A stretch of 63,164 nt of DNA, the filler included, from Octopus bimaculoides (Eukaryota), in assembly GCF_001194135.2 (NCBI RefSeq). It is 8 parts of 8 records of this genome, joined end to end, with 100 filler letters (N's around TTAATTAATTAA, not from the genome) between each part and the next. Parts side by side here need not be neighbours in the genome. Positions count along the whole stretch, not along the records: positions 6,893 to 16,517 come from NC_069006.1; positions 16,618 to 42,048 come from NC_069004.1; 6 more parts are not named here. One strand, 5' to 3'. This document shows, in pieces, positions 11,129-24,161 of the stretch; the stretch's first letter is position 1, and each line of letters begins with the position of its first letter. A program made the translations under genes and the position numbers. The notes under the pieces are model-generated. The model was not told where the DNA came from and made no database searches. It saw nothing but the letters and a program-made list of their open reading frames with translations.

Positions 11129-11663
11129 AATATAAACTATATATGTTTTCATATATATACCTATAATTTTAAGGAAATTCACTCCCCCAAAATACTAAGT
11201 ATTGGACCAGTATTTCCTTGGATGACACCATCNNNNNNNNNNNNNNNNNNNNNNNNNNNNNNNNNNNNNNNNNNNNNNNNNNNNNNNNNNNNNNNNNNNN
11301 NNNNNNNNNNNNNNNNNNNNNNNNNNNNNNNNNNNNNNNNNNNNNNNNNNNNNNNNNNNNNNNNNNNNNNNNNNNNNNNNNNNNNNNNNNNNNNNNNNNN
11401 NNNNNNNNNNNNNNNNNNNNNNNNNNNNNNNNNNNNNNNNNNNNNNNNNNNNNNNNNNNNNNNNNNNNNNNNNNNNNNNNNNNNNNNNNNNNNNNNNNNN
11501 NNNNNNNNNNNNNNNNNNNNNNNNNNNNNNNNNNNNNNNNNNNNNNNNNNNNNNNNNNNNNNNNNNNNNNNNNNNNNNNNNNNNNNNNNNNNNNNNNNNN
11601 NNNNNNNNNNNNNNNNNNNNNNNNNNNNNNNNNNNNNNATGTATATATGCCTACATATATGCT

Positions 11664-11981
11664 GAGGCCCCCTTCAGTCATGACTGACCATGGGATTGAA
11701 CCTAGAAAGTTCCCCTCCAAGACACAAGTCCAGGCAAGGTTGCTTATGGAAGACCAGCAGTTGCCCTTGCATACTAGCCTCCCGTCTCTAAGGGAAAGGC
11801 AATGGGTGATACGGCTTGGCACCAGTGACGTCGCAACTCATTTCTACAGCTGAATGAACTGGAGTAACATGAAATAAAGTGTCTTACTCAAGAACACAAC
11901 ACACAGCCCGGTCCGAGATTCAAACTCACAACTTCACGATCGTAAGCTCGATGCTCTAACCACTGAGCCTTGCGCCTTCAC
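11664..11981 (-). mobile_element. tRNA-derived SINE (family D)
   Basis: Minus strand starts GTGAAGGCGCAAGGCTCAGTGGTTAGAGCA...GAGTTTGAATCTC (A/B boxes), then gtgttgtgttcttgagtaagacac and cagctgtagaaatgagttgcgacgtcactggtgccaagc; partial sister copy at 42728-42942. Confidence 0.8.
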
Positions 11982-12024
11982 CTATATATATATATATATG
12001 TATATTATATATACATATATACAT

Positions 12025-12262
12025 ATGTGTGTGCCTTTATGTCTGTGTTTGTCCACCACCACCGCTTGACAACTGTTGTTGGTTTGTTTACGTCTCTGTA
12101 ACTTAGTAGTTTGACAAGAAGAGACTGATAGAATAAGTACCAGGCTTTTAAATAAAAACACTGTGGTTAGTTCATTCAACTAAAAAGAATTCTTCAAGGT
12201 GGTGCTCCAGCATGGCCACAGTCTAATGACTGAAACAAGCAAAAAAACGAAAAGAATAAAAG
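12025..12262 (+). mobile_element. SINE family A, 3' half only
   Basis: Matches the post-microsatellite half of 14229-14626. Confidence 0.8.
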
Positions 12263-12489
12263 GACAATTTCGGTTTGTGCCGGAGAGTGGGTGGAGGAGC
12301 CATATTGATTTTTGAGACCTTTTAAAGGTCATTTAAGGTGAAACTTAATGGTCAATTACAGTTGAAAGTAGAAGTGGATGGATACGTTGGGGTGGAGGGG
12401 GTGCGACGAGAGACGTACACCATTGTGCGTGTGAGTTTGTGCATGTGTGCACTTGTTTGCTTCTCTCTGTAATGATTACTTAGATGTGT

Positions 12490-12750
12490 GTTGTTTGCCT
12501 GTCATCATCACCATCATCAATCACCACCCGCAATTATCACCATCAAGCATCAATCATCATCAATTATCAAAATCATCACCATCAATTATCAAAATCACCA
12601 CCATTGATCATCACCATCAATCACCACCATCAATCATCACCATTAATCACCACCATCAATCATCACCATCAATCACCACCATTAATCATCACCATCAATC
12701 ATTGCCATCCATTATCAGTCATCGCCATCAATCATCAATCATCACCATCT
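12490..12750. repeat. Degenerate CATCACCATCAAT-type tandem repeat
   Basis: Directly visible; yields the spurious H/I/S/P-rich ORFs. Confidence 0.85.
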
Positions 12751-13199
12751 TTTAACATCTGTTTTCCATGCTGGCATGGGTTAGATGGCTTGACAGGATC
12801 CAGCAAGTTGCAAAGCCGTGCCAAACCAAGCTGGAGGGTCAGCTTTGGTGACCCTCCAGTTTTCTATCTGTCCCAGCAAACTGTGCCTGACCCAGGCAAG
12901 CATGGACAAGTGGGCACTAAATGACGATGATGATTTCATTGTATTCTTGATTAATTCTGTTCGGATAAGTACATGGAATCCTTGACCATTATCTTCAATT
13001 CTCTGTGGGAAAGTGTTCGTATGAGCATATTTTGAATTCTTTAGCTCATCAGACTTCATCTTGATATCAGAAATGTTTTTAATGCTTTTTACATTAGATG
13101 ATAGAATTTGGAATCTAGAAACGGTAAACCCTTGAGGGAGGAGCAGACTACATCTGACAAGTGTGTGTGATATCATTTATACATCGCAGGTATATTGTG

Positions 13200-13885
13200 A
13201 TAAGGAGGATAACGACAATGATGACAACAATGATGACGAGGAGGAAGATGATAATGACAATGACGATCATTATCATCATCGTCATCATCATCATCATCAC
13301 CGTACTCATCGTCATAATCCTCGTCGTTGTAACGTTGGTTATGATGAAGATGTACAGGGTGAGGAAGCAAAAGAGGAGGAGGAGGAGGTGGAAGGGGAGG
13401 AGGACATGAATGGGGGAAATGTTATATTGGTAATGACAAAGACAATGCTATTATCATTGATGATGGTGGTGGTGGTGGTGGTGGTGGTAATGAGGAGGAG
13501 TGGGATGGTGATGATTATGTTGGTGGTGAGGAGTAGAAGGAGGCGGATAGACATGATGATTATGAAGACAATGTTATCGGTGCTGATGATGGGTAATGTG
13601 GGGGATGATGATAATGATGATGATGACAATGACGGTGGTGGAGGTGGTGATGATGATGATGATGCTGATGATGATGCTGTTGATGGTGGTGGTGGTGGTG
13701 GTGGTAGCAAGGGTGACGATGGGGGCATCCACAGACATGGCAATAGTGTACTAACGATGGTAGTGGTGACGATGATGATGATGATGATGATGATGATGGT
13801 TTTGGTGGTGGTGATGATGGTAATGATGACGATGACAACTATGGCAATATAAATGCTGCTAACAATGATGACAACCTCCACGACA
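13200..13885. repeat. Low-complexity (GAT)/(GGT)/(GAG)/(CAT) trinucleotide mosaic
   Basis: Directly visible; all overlapping ORFs are homopolymer peptides. Confidence 0.9.
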
Positions 13886-14228
13886 ATATATCGACAATGG
13901 AAATAATGAATTTAGTGCCGTATTAATTTAACTGTCAGGTAAAATTCCCAAGACTCATTTGGCAATGATAGAAGAGAAAAATATTACAAATGTCTAGAAT
14001 CGGTTCATAGAATGGATTCCTTCTCTCATTGTCGCCTTTCGACAAAAGATTCCTCACTGAAGCTGTTGTTACATGCTGAATTTTATAGAATTTGCAGTAA
14101 ATGTTGGAAATTCATAATTGTGCCAACTTTTCGCAATTGGATTCTTTGACTGAAATTAATCCAAACCTTGCATATGTTATCATCATCATCAGCATCATCA
14201 TCAGCATCATCATCATCATCATCATCAC

Positions 14229-14626
14229 CAGGAGTGGCTGTGTGGTAAGTAGCTTGCTTACGAACCACATGGTTCCGGGTTGTCCTACTGCATGGCACCT
14301 TGGGCAAGTGTCTTGTACTATAGCCTCGGGCTACCAAAGCCTTGTGAGTGGATTTAGTAGACGGAAACTGAAAGAAGCCCGTCGTATATATGTATATATA
14401 TATATGTATGTGTGTGTATATGTTTGTGTGTCTGTGTTTGTCCCCCCCAACATCGCTTGACAACCGATGGTGGTGTGTTTACATCTCCGTAACTTAGCGG
14501 TTCGGCAAAAGACACCGATAGAATAAGTACTAGGCTTACAAAGAATAAGTCCTGGGGTCGATTAGCTCGACTAAAGGCGGTGCTCCAGCATGGCCACAGT
14601 CAAATGACTGAAACAAGTAAAAGAGT
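14229..14626 (+). mobile_element. Full-length CORE-type tRNA-derived SINE (family A; resembles octopus OR-type SINEs)
   Basis: Head GGAGTGGCTGTGTGGTAAG...GGTTCCGGGTT, CORE-like gcaccttgggcaagtgtctt, internal (TA)/(TG) microsatellite and tail ending gactgaaacaagtaaaaga; many copies in this window. Confidence 0.9.
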
Positions 14627-14924
14627 ATAAGTTTAACGTCCAGTTTTCTATGTTTGCATGGTTCGGATGGAGTTTACTTGAGGTAGATTTTCTACAGTTA
14701 GATGCCCTACCTGTTGCCTATCCTTACATGTTTCCAGGTAAAGGTAATATTTCAGAGAAAACAGAAAACGAAGGGCTTTGCTTGTATGATGATGACCCTC
14801 GTTTATGACTGTCCTGTGAAGTCAAGACATCAATTTCCCACTTTATAGAACAGGTATCAGTGAAAACAATAAATAACAAAAACAATCAATGAAGATTTAT
14901 GGCATAAAAAGGCTGTAGGTTGGT

Positions 14925-16055
14925 AGGAAGGCCAGAGGTACATAGGAAAACCAGAGGTACATAAGAAGGCCAGAGGTACATAGGAACATCAGAGGTACAT
15001 AGGAAAACAAGAGGTACATGGGAAAGCTAGAGGTACATATAAAGGCCAGAGGTACATAGGAAGGCCAGAGATGTATAGGAAGGCCAGAGGTACATAGGAA
15101 GGTCAGAGGTACATAGGCTGGTCAGAGGTACATAGGAAGGCCAGAGGTACATAGGAAGGCCAGAGGTACATAGGAACATCAGAGGTACATAGGAAAACAA
15201 GAGGTACATGGGAAGGCCAGAGGTACATAGAAAAGCTAGAGATACATATGAAGGCCAGAGGTACATAGGAAGGCCAGAGATGTATAGGAAGGCTAGAGGT
15301 ACATAGGAAGGACAGAGGTACATAAGTAGGACAAAGGTGCATAGNNNNNNNNNNNNNNNNNNNNNNNNNNNNNNNNNNNNNNNNNNNNNNNNNNNNNNNN
15401 NNNNNNNNNNNNNNNNNNNNNNNNNNNNNNNNNNNNNNNNNNNNNNNNNNNNNNNNNNNNNNNNNNNNNNNNNNNNNNNNNNNNNNNNNNNNNNNNNNNN
15501 NNNNNNNNNNNNNNNNNNNNNNNNNNNNNNNNNNNNNNNNNNNNNNNNNNNNNNNNNNNNNNNNNNNNGGAAGGCCAGAGGTACATAGGAACATCAGAGG
15601 TACATAGGAAAACAAGAGGTACATGGGAAGGCCAGAGGTACATAGAAAAGCTAGAGATACATATGAAGGCCAGAGGTACATAGGAAGGCCAGAGATGTAT
15701 AGGAAGACTAGAGGTACATAGGAAGGACAGAGGTACATAAGTAGGACAAAGGTGCATAGGAAGACCAGAGGTACATAGAAAGCCATAGGTACATTGGAAG
15801 GCCAGAGGTATATAGGAGGTATATAAGTAGATCAAAGGTACATAGGAAGATCTTGGTACATAGGGAAGGCCATAAGTATATAGGAGGTACATAAGTAGAT
15901 TGTAGGTACATAAGAAGATGTACCTACAATCTACAGTCAGCACATAGGAAGATCATAGGTGCACAGGAAAGCCATAGGTACATAGGAAGGCCAGAGGTAC
16001 TTAAGGAGAATGTAGGTACATAGGCAGGACAGGAGGTACACTGGAAGACCAGAGG
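14925..16055. repeat. 19-bp minisatellite, consensus AGGAAGGCCAGAGGTACAT, with a 10-unit (190 bp) higher-order period
   Basis: Units are head-to-tail without unique spacers. The variant TAGGAACATC recurs at 14981 and 15171, each followed by GGAAAACAAGAGG. The array degenerates after ~15800 and contains a gap at 15345-15567. Confidence 0.95.
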
Positions 16056-16134
16056 TTTGCAGCAAAATGCACAACCTCTCCAAACGTCTATTTCGATCAT
16101 CATCTTTCTCTCAGTTCACCAATGTCTTCTATTA

Positions 16135-16340
16135 GTTACTTGTTTCAATCACTGGACTGTGGTCATGCTGGAGCACCACCTTCAAGGGTTTCGTAAAACA
16201 AATTGACCTTAGCATTTATTTATTTTTTTAAATCTAGCACTAATTCCATCAACAACTTTTGCCAAACTGCTAAGTTACAAGAAAAAAAGCAAACCAATGC
16301 CAGTTGTCAAGCAGTTTGGTCAAGGGATCAAACAAACACA
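16135..16340 (-). mobile_element. SINE family A, decayed 3' half
   Basis: ttacttgtttcaatcactggactgtggtcatgctggagcacc is the reverse complement of the family A tail. Confidence 0.75.
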
Positions 16341-16460
16341 CATGCAAGCATGAAAAACTGGACAATGGAAAATTCTAGAATAATTTCTTAATCCTGGAAT
16401 AGTTAAATCTTTGAATGGAAATTCAGTTACAGCTGGAAAATTCTAGAATATAGATATATG

Positions 16461-16517
<57 letters not shown>

Positions 16518-16650
16518 NNNNNNNNNNNNNNNNNNNNNNNNNNNNNNNNNNNNNNNNNNNNTTAATTAATTAANNNNNNNNNNNNNNNNNNNNNNNNNNN
16601 NNNNNNNNNNNNNNNNNTATTGTACTATTGTTTCTACCATCCAATATTCA

Positions 16651-17650
16651 TACGACGGGGTACCCAAAAGTAGCCAGAAACGTTCACTGTGGAACGAGTC
16701 CATTGTAGTTCAGGCTTTCGCCGCCAGAAGCCACTTGATGCGACACTCAGGTATCAGTTGTCTGCCGACCGGCGTCAATGGCTGCAGTCGTACTGCCACG
16801 TGGTGCGTCTTTATTTTTCAGTATTCCTCCCTTGTTCGTCGATTTTTGCGATGGCTGAAACGAAGGAACAGCGTGCTTCCATGAAATTCTGTTTTACACA
16901 CTTATCACTTGAAGACTAACCTCGTTCAGGGCGACCGTCGACCTCCCGAAACGAATGAAAACATCACAAAAATGCATGAGCTGATCTTGGAGGCCCGTCG
17001 CCGAATAATTGACGAACGTGTTGAGATGACTGGTGTGTCCTGGAGTTCCGGCTAACGAATTTTGAGTGAGGAATTGCGAATGGAAAGAGTTGCAGCATAA
17101 TTTGTGCCTCACTGGCTCACGGTAGATGAAAAGCAGTCACGAGTGAATGCGTGTCATGAACTAAAATAACAGTTGAAAGTTGATCCGAAGCTGGTGTTAC
17201 GGCTAGGTCCGAAAACGAAGCAGCAATCAAGTCAATGGAAGCATTCAATGTCACCACGCCCTCCAAAAGTGCGTCAAGTGAAGTCCAACGTCAAGACGAT
17301 GCTGATTTGTTTCGTCAATGTGAAAGGAAAGATGGCATGACCTCGCTTACCCACCTTCCCTATTCATTTGATCTTGCTCCTTACAACATTTATTCTTTGT
17401 TTTCCCGAATGAAAAAGTCCTTAAAGGAAAATGTTTTGCATATATGGAAGAGGCGAAGGGAAAAAACGACGGAGGCGTTAAAAGGCATCACTTCGAAATA
17501 GTTTCAAGGCTGCTTCGAACAGTGGAAAACGCGTCTGGACCGATGCATTGCTTCAAACGGAGAATACTTTGAAGGTGATAAAAATATGAATATGTAAAAG
17601 TGAGTGAATAAAATGATATTGCTAACTTCCTGCTTCTTTTGGGTATACGC
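16651..17650 (+). pseudogene. Mariner (DD34D) transposase pseudogene, internally deleted, with imperfect TIRs
   Basis: MAETKEQRASMKFCF...SLED*PRSGRPST...FVPHWLT (WVPHEL motif)...PKTKQQSSQWKH...KSNVKTMLICF...HLPYSFDLAP (YSPDLAP motif)...ASNGEYFEG. TACCCAAAAG at left mirrors CTTTTTGGGTA at right. Confidence 0.92.
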
Positions 17651-17879
17651 ACATGCACACGCACAAACATATATATAATATAATATTTAAGACGGATGAC
17701 GTGTGTGGGTGTGTATATGTGACCGACCATTAGGTTGATCCCACGTGAAATCGATATTTTTTATCTGATTTCGTTCACATCATTCATGCTCCACAGATGG
17801 TTCTACACTCTTTAGACTTTTCACTTATGGAATAATATGGAGTATTGGGCCTTTTAGGAAAAAGGTCAGAATAACTGCC

Positions 17880-19900
17880 GTATGGTGATTATTGTGGACA
17901 AGGGAGGTAACATTCAGAAATTGATTGTCTCCCTTACATTTGTATCCCCCGCTACACCTTTTTGGTTGACAATCGGTGGATCGTACCCCACAACAAGATG
18001 GTGTGCAAAACATTTCATGCACAAATCAATGTAGAATTCTGTAATTCTGTCAAATCCATACGTTACGTACGCAAGTACATTTTCAAAGGATCGGACAGAC
18101 CCGTTTTTCAAATAAAATCTACACGATCAACAGATTTTACAAATGATGAAGTGACCCTTTTCAAAACTGGACGCTACACATCCTCTAATGAAGCCATATG
18201 GAGAACCTTGGGATTCCTAATTCACGAACAATACCCTCCTATGATTCATCTCAGTGTTCATTTGGAAAATATGTAGCGAATTTACTTCACAGAAGACAAC
18301 CTCATTCATAAAGTAACTGCCCCGCCAAAGACCACTCTCACGGCCTTCTTTCTCCTATGCAAAGTTTACCCCTTGGAAAAATTTTTTTGTACGCGGAAGT
18401 ACCATATTATTATACATGGAATCAATTATCTTCCCGTAGGCCGGCCTACGCAGTTGGATCAAACCGTGTACAAAGGCTACACAATCGAACACGTCTACAC
18501 AGTTCACCCCTTGAACTTTCATCTGCAGCTCTTACTTCATGTCATTAAGGGACCAACCTCCTTCGATGACCTTCACACAGTGGACGACCACTTATTTGGC
18601 ACTTTCAAAGATGCCTGCTCCAAACGGGGACTTTTGGATACAGATGATCAATATAATAATGCACTCGAAAAGGCCTCTCTGTGTTGTTCTCCGCACAAAC
18701 TCCGACACCTTTTTGCAATAATGCTGGTTTTCTGCAACCTGATAGGCACATATTCACTTTGAAATAAATACAAAGAGTCAATGTGCCATGACATTTTGCT
18801 GCATACTCACCAAATCACAGGTAGTGTTGACACTCATTACCCCTGTCATTTACAACAGAGAGCTTCTTCTCTTGGAAGACTTGGTCATGGCAGTTGGGGG
18901 TCAACGATTAGACGCTTATTCCCTCAACAGCCCAGACAGAAATGAAGACACCTGTCGCAATCACCTCATTCTCTGAGAAACATCCTACAACATCATCAAA
19001 CTCAGACAGTACATTGCTGACAACGAGCCCCTTCTGAATTTCGATCAAGCTGACGGATACTATTTTGTCCTCGGAAACATCTACACAAACACACTGGCGG
19101 AATCATCTTAGACGCACCTGGTAGAACTGGAAAAACATTCAACCTGAATCTTCTTGCGAAGTTGCGGCATAATGGTGCCACCTCAGCAATAGCCTCGACT
19201 CTTCTCGATGGCGGATGAACAGCTCACACTACCTTCAATGTAGCACAGCATGAACATCCAACGTGCCACATAATGCATTCCTCGGACGAAGCAGCAATTT
19301 TGAAAAAGTGCAAACCCATTGTTTAAGATGAAGCAATTATGTCCCATAAATGTTCCCTACAAACACTTGATACCATAATGAGAGACCTTAGATCGAAAAC
19401 AACATCCTTGGAGGTGCGACTCTTCTTCTTGCAGGAGATTTTCGACAAACTCTGCCTATTATACCCAAAGGAACACCAGCTGATGAACTTAATGCCTGCC
19501 TTAAAAAATCCCTCCTTTGGTCGCATGTCTAATCGAAACAACTCACCATCAACATGAGATCCCTACTACAGACTGGTCAGCCTACAACACAGTTTTCGGA
19601 AATACTCTTTAAAATCAGCAATGGACAAATTACGTCCGACGACAACGAGTACATTGACATTACCACCATTGGCCACACTGTCTCCAGCCCTGATGACTTA
19701 TATGTTCTGCCGTTTACCCAAATCGTACAACGGAATACATAAAGCCGGATTGGCTTCGCGAAAGGGCTGTTCTTGCACCTACAAATGCAGCTGTCAACAT
19801 TCTTAACTACGACTTAGTCAGCTACCTTCTCAAGAACGTTGTTGACACCGTTACCGACCTCGATCAGAATTTCTCAACTCCTAAGATCCTCAAGGAATTC
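17880..19900 (+). pseudogene. Helitron Rep/PIF1-helicase pseudogene
   Basis: VDNRWIVPHNK..FHAQINVEFCNSVKSIRYVRKYIFKGSD...GRYTSSNEAIWR...HLSVHLEN; LLLHVIKGPTSFDDL...FKDAC..GLL; Walker A DAPGRTGKTF; GDFRQTLPIIPKG; AVLAPTNAAV. Many stops and frameshifts; termini not identified. Confidence 0.95.
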
Positions 19901-20039
19901 TTTCCCATAAACTTCACTTGAATTAAAAATCTCAAAATCTTGATAAAGATTCCATTAAAGGTGGAGAGGAGGTGTACCCTACACATGTATTTGACGGCCC
20001 GAATCACATCTCAATCAATCAGTTAACAACCACCGCGTT

Positions 20040-20180
20040 TAAGTCTTCCGAATCCACTCACAACGCTTTGGTCAGCCCGAAGCTATCCTAGAAAAAAACT
20101 GACCCAAGATGTCACACAGTCGTATTGAACTCAGAATGATGTGGTTGGGAAGCGAAGCAAACTCATTACCACGGCGAAGC
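20040..20180 (-). mobile_element. SINE family A head fragment; another head fragment on the plus strand at 20800-20895
   Basis: gaatccactcacaacgctttggtcagcccgaagcta is the reverse complement of the family A head. Confidence 0.7.
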
Positions 20181-21731
20181 AAACTTCTTACGATATATAT
20201 ATATATAACAGTAATAATATTTGTCTCCTATTAAGATACAAAAAAGTTTATATAGGACTGCAAAAGAAGTGCTCAAGTATAAATGAAACAAGGATAAAAA
20301 AGCATTAGTGACAGAATAAAAACATTATGTTCGGGTCAGCGACTCAACAAAAACACCACCCCTCAAACAAACAATCATATATATAAAAAATGCACCATGG
20401 TCCACAAACACATAAGAAAAATATATAATATAAAAATAATACATATATGTAAAATGTACAATTTTAAAAAGCATATATTCTAATAAAATACAATATATCT
20501 AATTCGAGTTGAAAATATATATAAAAACCTAAGATATATTTTTTATATAATAGAATACAAAAGTTAAAATAAAGCGACTAAAAATTCAAAATACCAGTCC
20601 TACTAGACAGATACATAACATGAAGATAGAATAAAATAATTGTCCACCGACTAAAGGTTTTAACTGACGATTAAAATACTTTTTAAATAATTTAAAGTCA
20701 TTCAAAGGTAATTAAAAGATATATATATATATATATATATATAATATTTGAAATGGTCTAGTACTTCCCTCAACCGGTACAAGTTCAAATAAAGCCGTCT
20801 TTTGCTATAGACTCGGGCCAACCAAAATCTTGTGAGTAAATTTGGTAGACGGAAACTGAAAGAAGCCCGTCGTATTTATATATATATATATATATANNNN
20901 NNNNNNNNNNNNNNNNNNNNNNNNNNNNNNNNNNNNNNNNNNNNNNNNNNNNNNNNNNNNNNNNNNNNNNNNNNNNNNNNNNNNNNNNNNNNNNNNNNNN
21001 NNNNNNNNNNNNNNNNNNNNNNNNNNNNNNNNNNNNNNNNNNNNNNNNNNNNNNNNNNNNNNNNNNNNNNNNNNNNNNNNNNNNNNNNNNNNNNNNNNNN
21101 NNNNNNNNNNNNNNNNNNNNNNNNNNNNNNNNNNNNNNNNNNNNNNNNNNNNNNNNNNNNNNNNNNNNNNNNNNNNNNNNNNNNNNNNNNNNNNNNNNNN
21201 NNNNNNNNNNNNNNNNNNNNNNNNNNNNNNNNNNNNNNNNNNNNNNNNNNNNNNNNNNNNNNNNNNNNNNNNNNNNNNNNNNNNNNNNNNNNNNNNNNNN
21301 NNNNNNNNNNNNNNNNNNNNNNNNNNNNNNNNNNNNNNNNNNNNNNNNNNNNNNNNNNNNNNNNNNNNNNNNNNNNNNNNNNNNNNNNNNNNNNNNNNNN
21401 NNNNNNNNNNNNNNNNNNNNNNNNNNNNNNNNNNNNNNNNNNNNNNNNNNNNNNNNNNNNNNNNNNNNNNNNNNNNNNNNNNNNNNNNNNNNNNNNNNNN
21501 NNNNNNNNNNNNNNNNNNNNNNNNNNNNNNNNNNNNNNNNNNNNNNNNNNNNNNNNNNNNNNNNNNNNNNNNNNNNNNNNNNNNNNNNNNNNNNNNNNNN
21601 NNNNNNNNNNNNNNNNNNNNNNNNNNNNNNNNNNNNNNNNNNNNNNNNNNNNAAGCCGTTTTCCAGTAATTTTGCAAACACTCAAAGACGAGTGATTACA
21701 ATACCCTGCTTTCGCTTACGAACGCAGGGTA

Positions 21732-21801
<70 letters not shown>

Positions 21802-21803
<2 letters not shown>

Positions 21804-22315
21804 GCTCTGGCGCAGTACCAAGCAGTGACTCTCATGGCTTCTGATCATAACTGATTGGAAATGTTTTGTACATGTTTTGTTTTGGTATAAAAGATGTGCT
21901 ACAGCAAATATTCTGCGCAATACTACAAATTTACTTGTCAGTTGTTTGACCTTTACCAGTTGAGCATGTCCCTTAATGGCTGACGATAAGCACATCTCTG
22001 ATCACAAGCAGAAGTAGTGGGAGAACATCACAGGTGAGAGGATTTCTTTGGGGTTTGAATAACTCACCTCTGGAAACATAAGTGTTTTTTTCATCATCCT
22101 TAAACAAAGCTTATTTGGGGACCTTTTGAGCAGGATGGGCTACTCGACCCGAAGAAAATTCTATCTGGACTCCACCTGTAAGGTCATGTGCTGTTTAGCT
22201 TGATATGAGCTCACCATGTCGCGCACATATGGTTGTGATGCATGTGGCTGGTGTACCCTTATCAGACGGGTAGTCATGATGGGTATATTTGATGGCATGC
22301 ACTGCTTTCTCACTC
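21802..22315 (+). mobile_element. ~510-bp non-coding interspersed element flanked by (AAT)n on both sides (copy 1)
   Basis: Aligns by eye with 33811-34293; both end in ...GCACTGCT(T/C)TCTCACTC-(AAT)n. No tRNA boxes or recognisable peptide. Confidence 0.85.
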
Positions 22316-22677
22316 AATAATAATAATAATAATGAAAACTACTAATAATATTAATAACAATGATAATAATACATATGTACCCATGCGAATTATGGTTGTG
22401 TAGGTTTATACTCAGCATACTTTATTTTTGCATAAACCCTAGATAGTGACAGTAAATTGAGGAGGGTGCAGTGTCTGAGATGTCTAGATAGCAAGGGACA
22501 ATTTTTTTTCTCTAAGGAATGGATCTGATTATCAATTTTTGTAAAAGGGGAGTGTATGTGTGTATTCCTATGTGTTTGTGCGTGTTTTGTGTGTGTGTGT
22601 GTGTGTGCGTGTGCGTCTGTGAGACAGTGACAGAAAGAGAAGAGTTCGATATAGACAGAAGGAGTTGGAAAGAGAAC

Positions 22678-22725
<48 letters not shown>

Positions 22726-23395
22726 TTGCGTGCGTGTATATGTGTATATGTGTACATATGTTTATATATATATATACATATACATATATATGTATATATA
22801 TGTATGCATATATATACATATATATGTATGTATATATATGTATGCATGTATGTATATATNNNNNNNNNNNNNNNNNNNNNNNNNNNNNNNNNNNNNNNNN
22901 NNNNNNNNNNNNNNNNNNNNNNNNNNNNNNNNNNNNNNNNNNNNNNNNNNNNNNNNNNNNNNNNNNNNNNNNNNNNNNNNNNNNNNNNNNNNNNNNNNNN
23001 NNNNNNNNNNNNNNNNNNNNNNNNNNNNNNNNNNNNNNNNNNNNNNNNNNNNNNNNNNNNNNNNNNNNNNNNNNATATATATATATACATGCATACATGT
23101 CTGTCTGTATATATAAATGCATACAGACAGACATGCATGCACACACACACATACATAAATTGTGGAAGAAAGTGTGTAAGAGAGAGAGAGAAAGAGTGCG
23201 TGTGTGAGAGAGAGGTGAGAGAAAGGGAGAGATAGAGTAATGTGTGTGTGTGTGTGTGTGTGTATGTGTGTGTGTGTGTATGTGTGTGTGTGTGTGTCGG
23301 TGGGAAACAAATAATGCTGTTAGCTGGATGTTGAAGAGTAAAAGACGTGATTAGACAAACAAAAGAAACGCACAGACAAACACACAAACACACAA

Positions 23396-23431
<36 letters not shown>

Positions 23432-23459
23432 CGTGTTTATACCACATCTCTAACATCCT

Positions 23460-23700
23460 TGTACATACACTTCTGTCATCATCATCATCATCATCACCGT
23501 CGTCATCATCATCATAACCGTCGTCATCATCATTATCACAGTCGTCGTCATCATCATCAGTAACAAGAAGAACAACAACACCTATAATATCGTGAATGAA
23601 ATAAGAAAAAAGGGCCAAAAAAAAATATAAACCCAGAAAAAAATCTTGTAATAAATTAAAAAAGTCAGGAACGAAAACTAGAAAACCAAAACCACAAAAA

Positions 23701-23758
<58 letters not shown>

Positions 23759-23783
23759 GCTGCTGCCCTCCTCCCCCTCTCCC

Positions 23784-23873
<90 letters not shown>

Positions 23874-24099
23874 ACTGCAACAGTCCCCTCTTCACCCTTT
23901 ATTCTCTATGAAGTTGATTAGCAGCAAAAAAAAAAAAAAAAATACGAGAAACAGAAGAAAAAGCGAAAGAAAAATTGAAGGAGAATCAACAAGAAAAAAA
24001 CAAAAACAAAAGAAAAACAGTATGACAAACAACAGTAAAAAAAAGTATAATTTCCCTCCTACCCCAAGAAAAACAGCTTCAGGATTCTGTCAATGAAAT

Positions 24100-24161
<62 letters not shown>

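Noticed and set aside
13163-13881. Long D/E/H/G-rich ORFs (229 aa and 180 aa)
   Set aside because: Trinucleotide low-complexity sequence open on both strands with no domain; the same applies to the poly-I/Y/L/V/D ORFs elsewhere and to all ORFs running through N.
14925-16055. Regular repeat array as a possible CRISPR or repetitive protein gene
   Set aside because: No unique spacers, no cas genes and a eukaryotic context. The 19-bp unit is not a multiple of three, so the MYLWPSYVPL ORFs are incidental.
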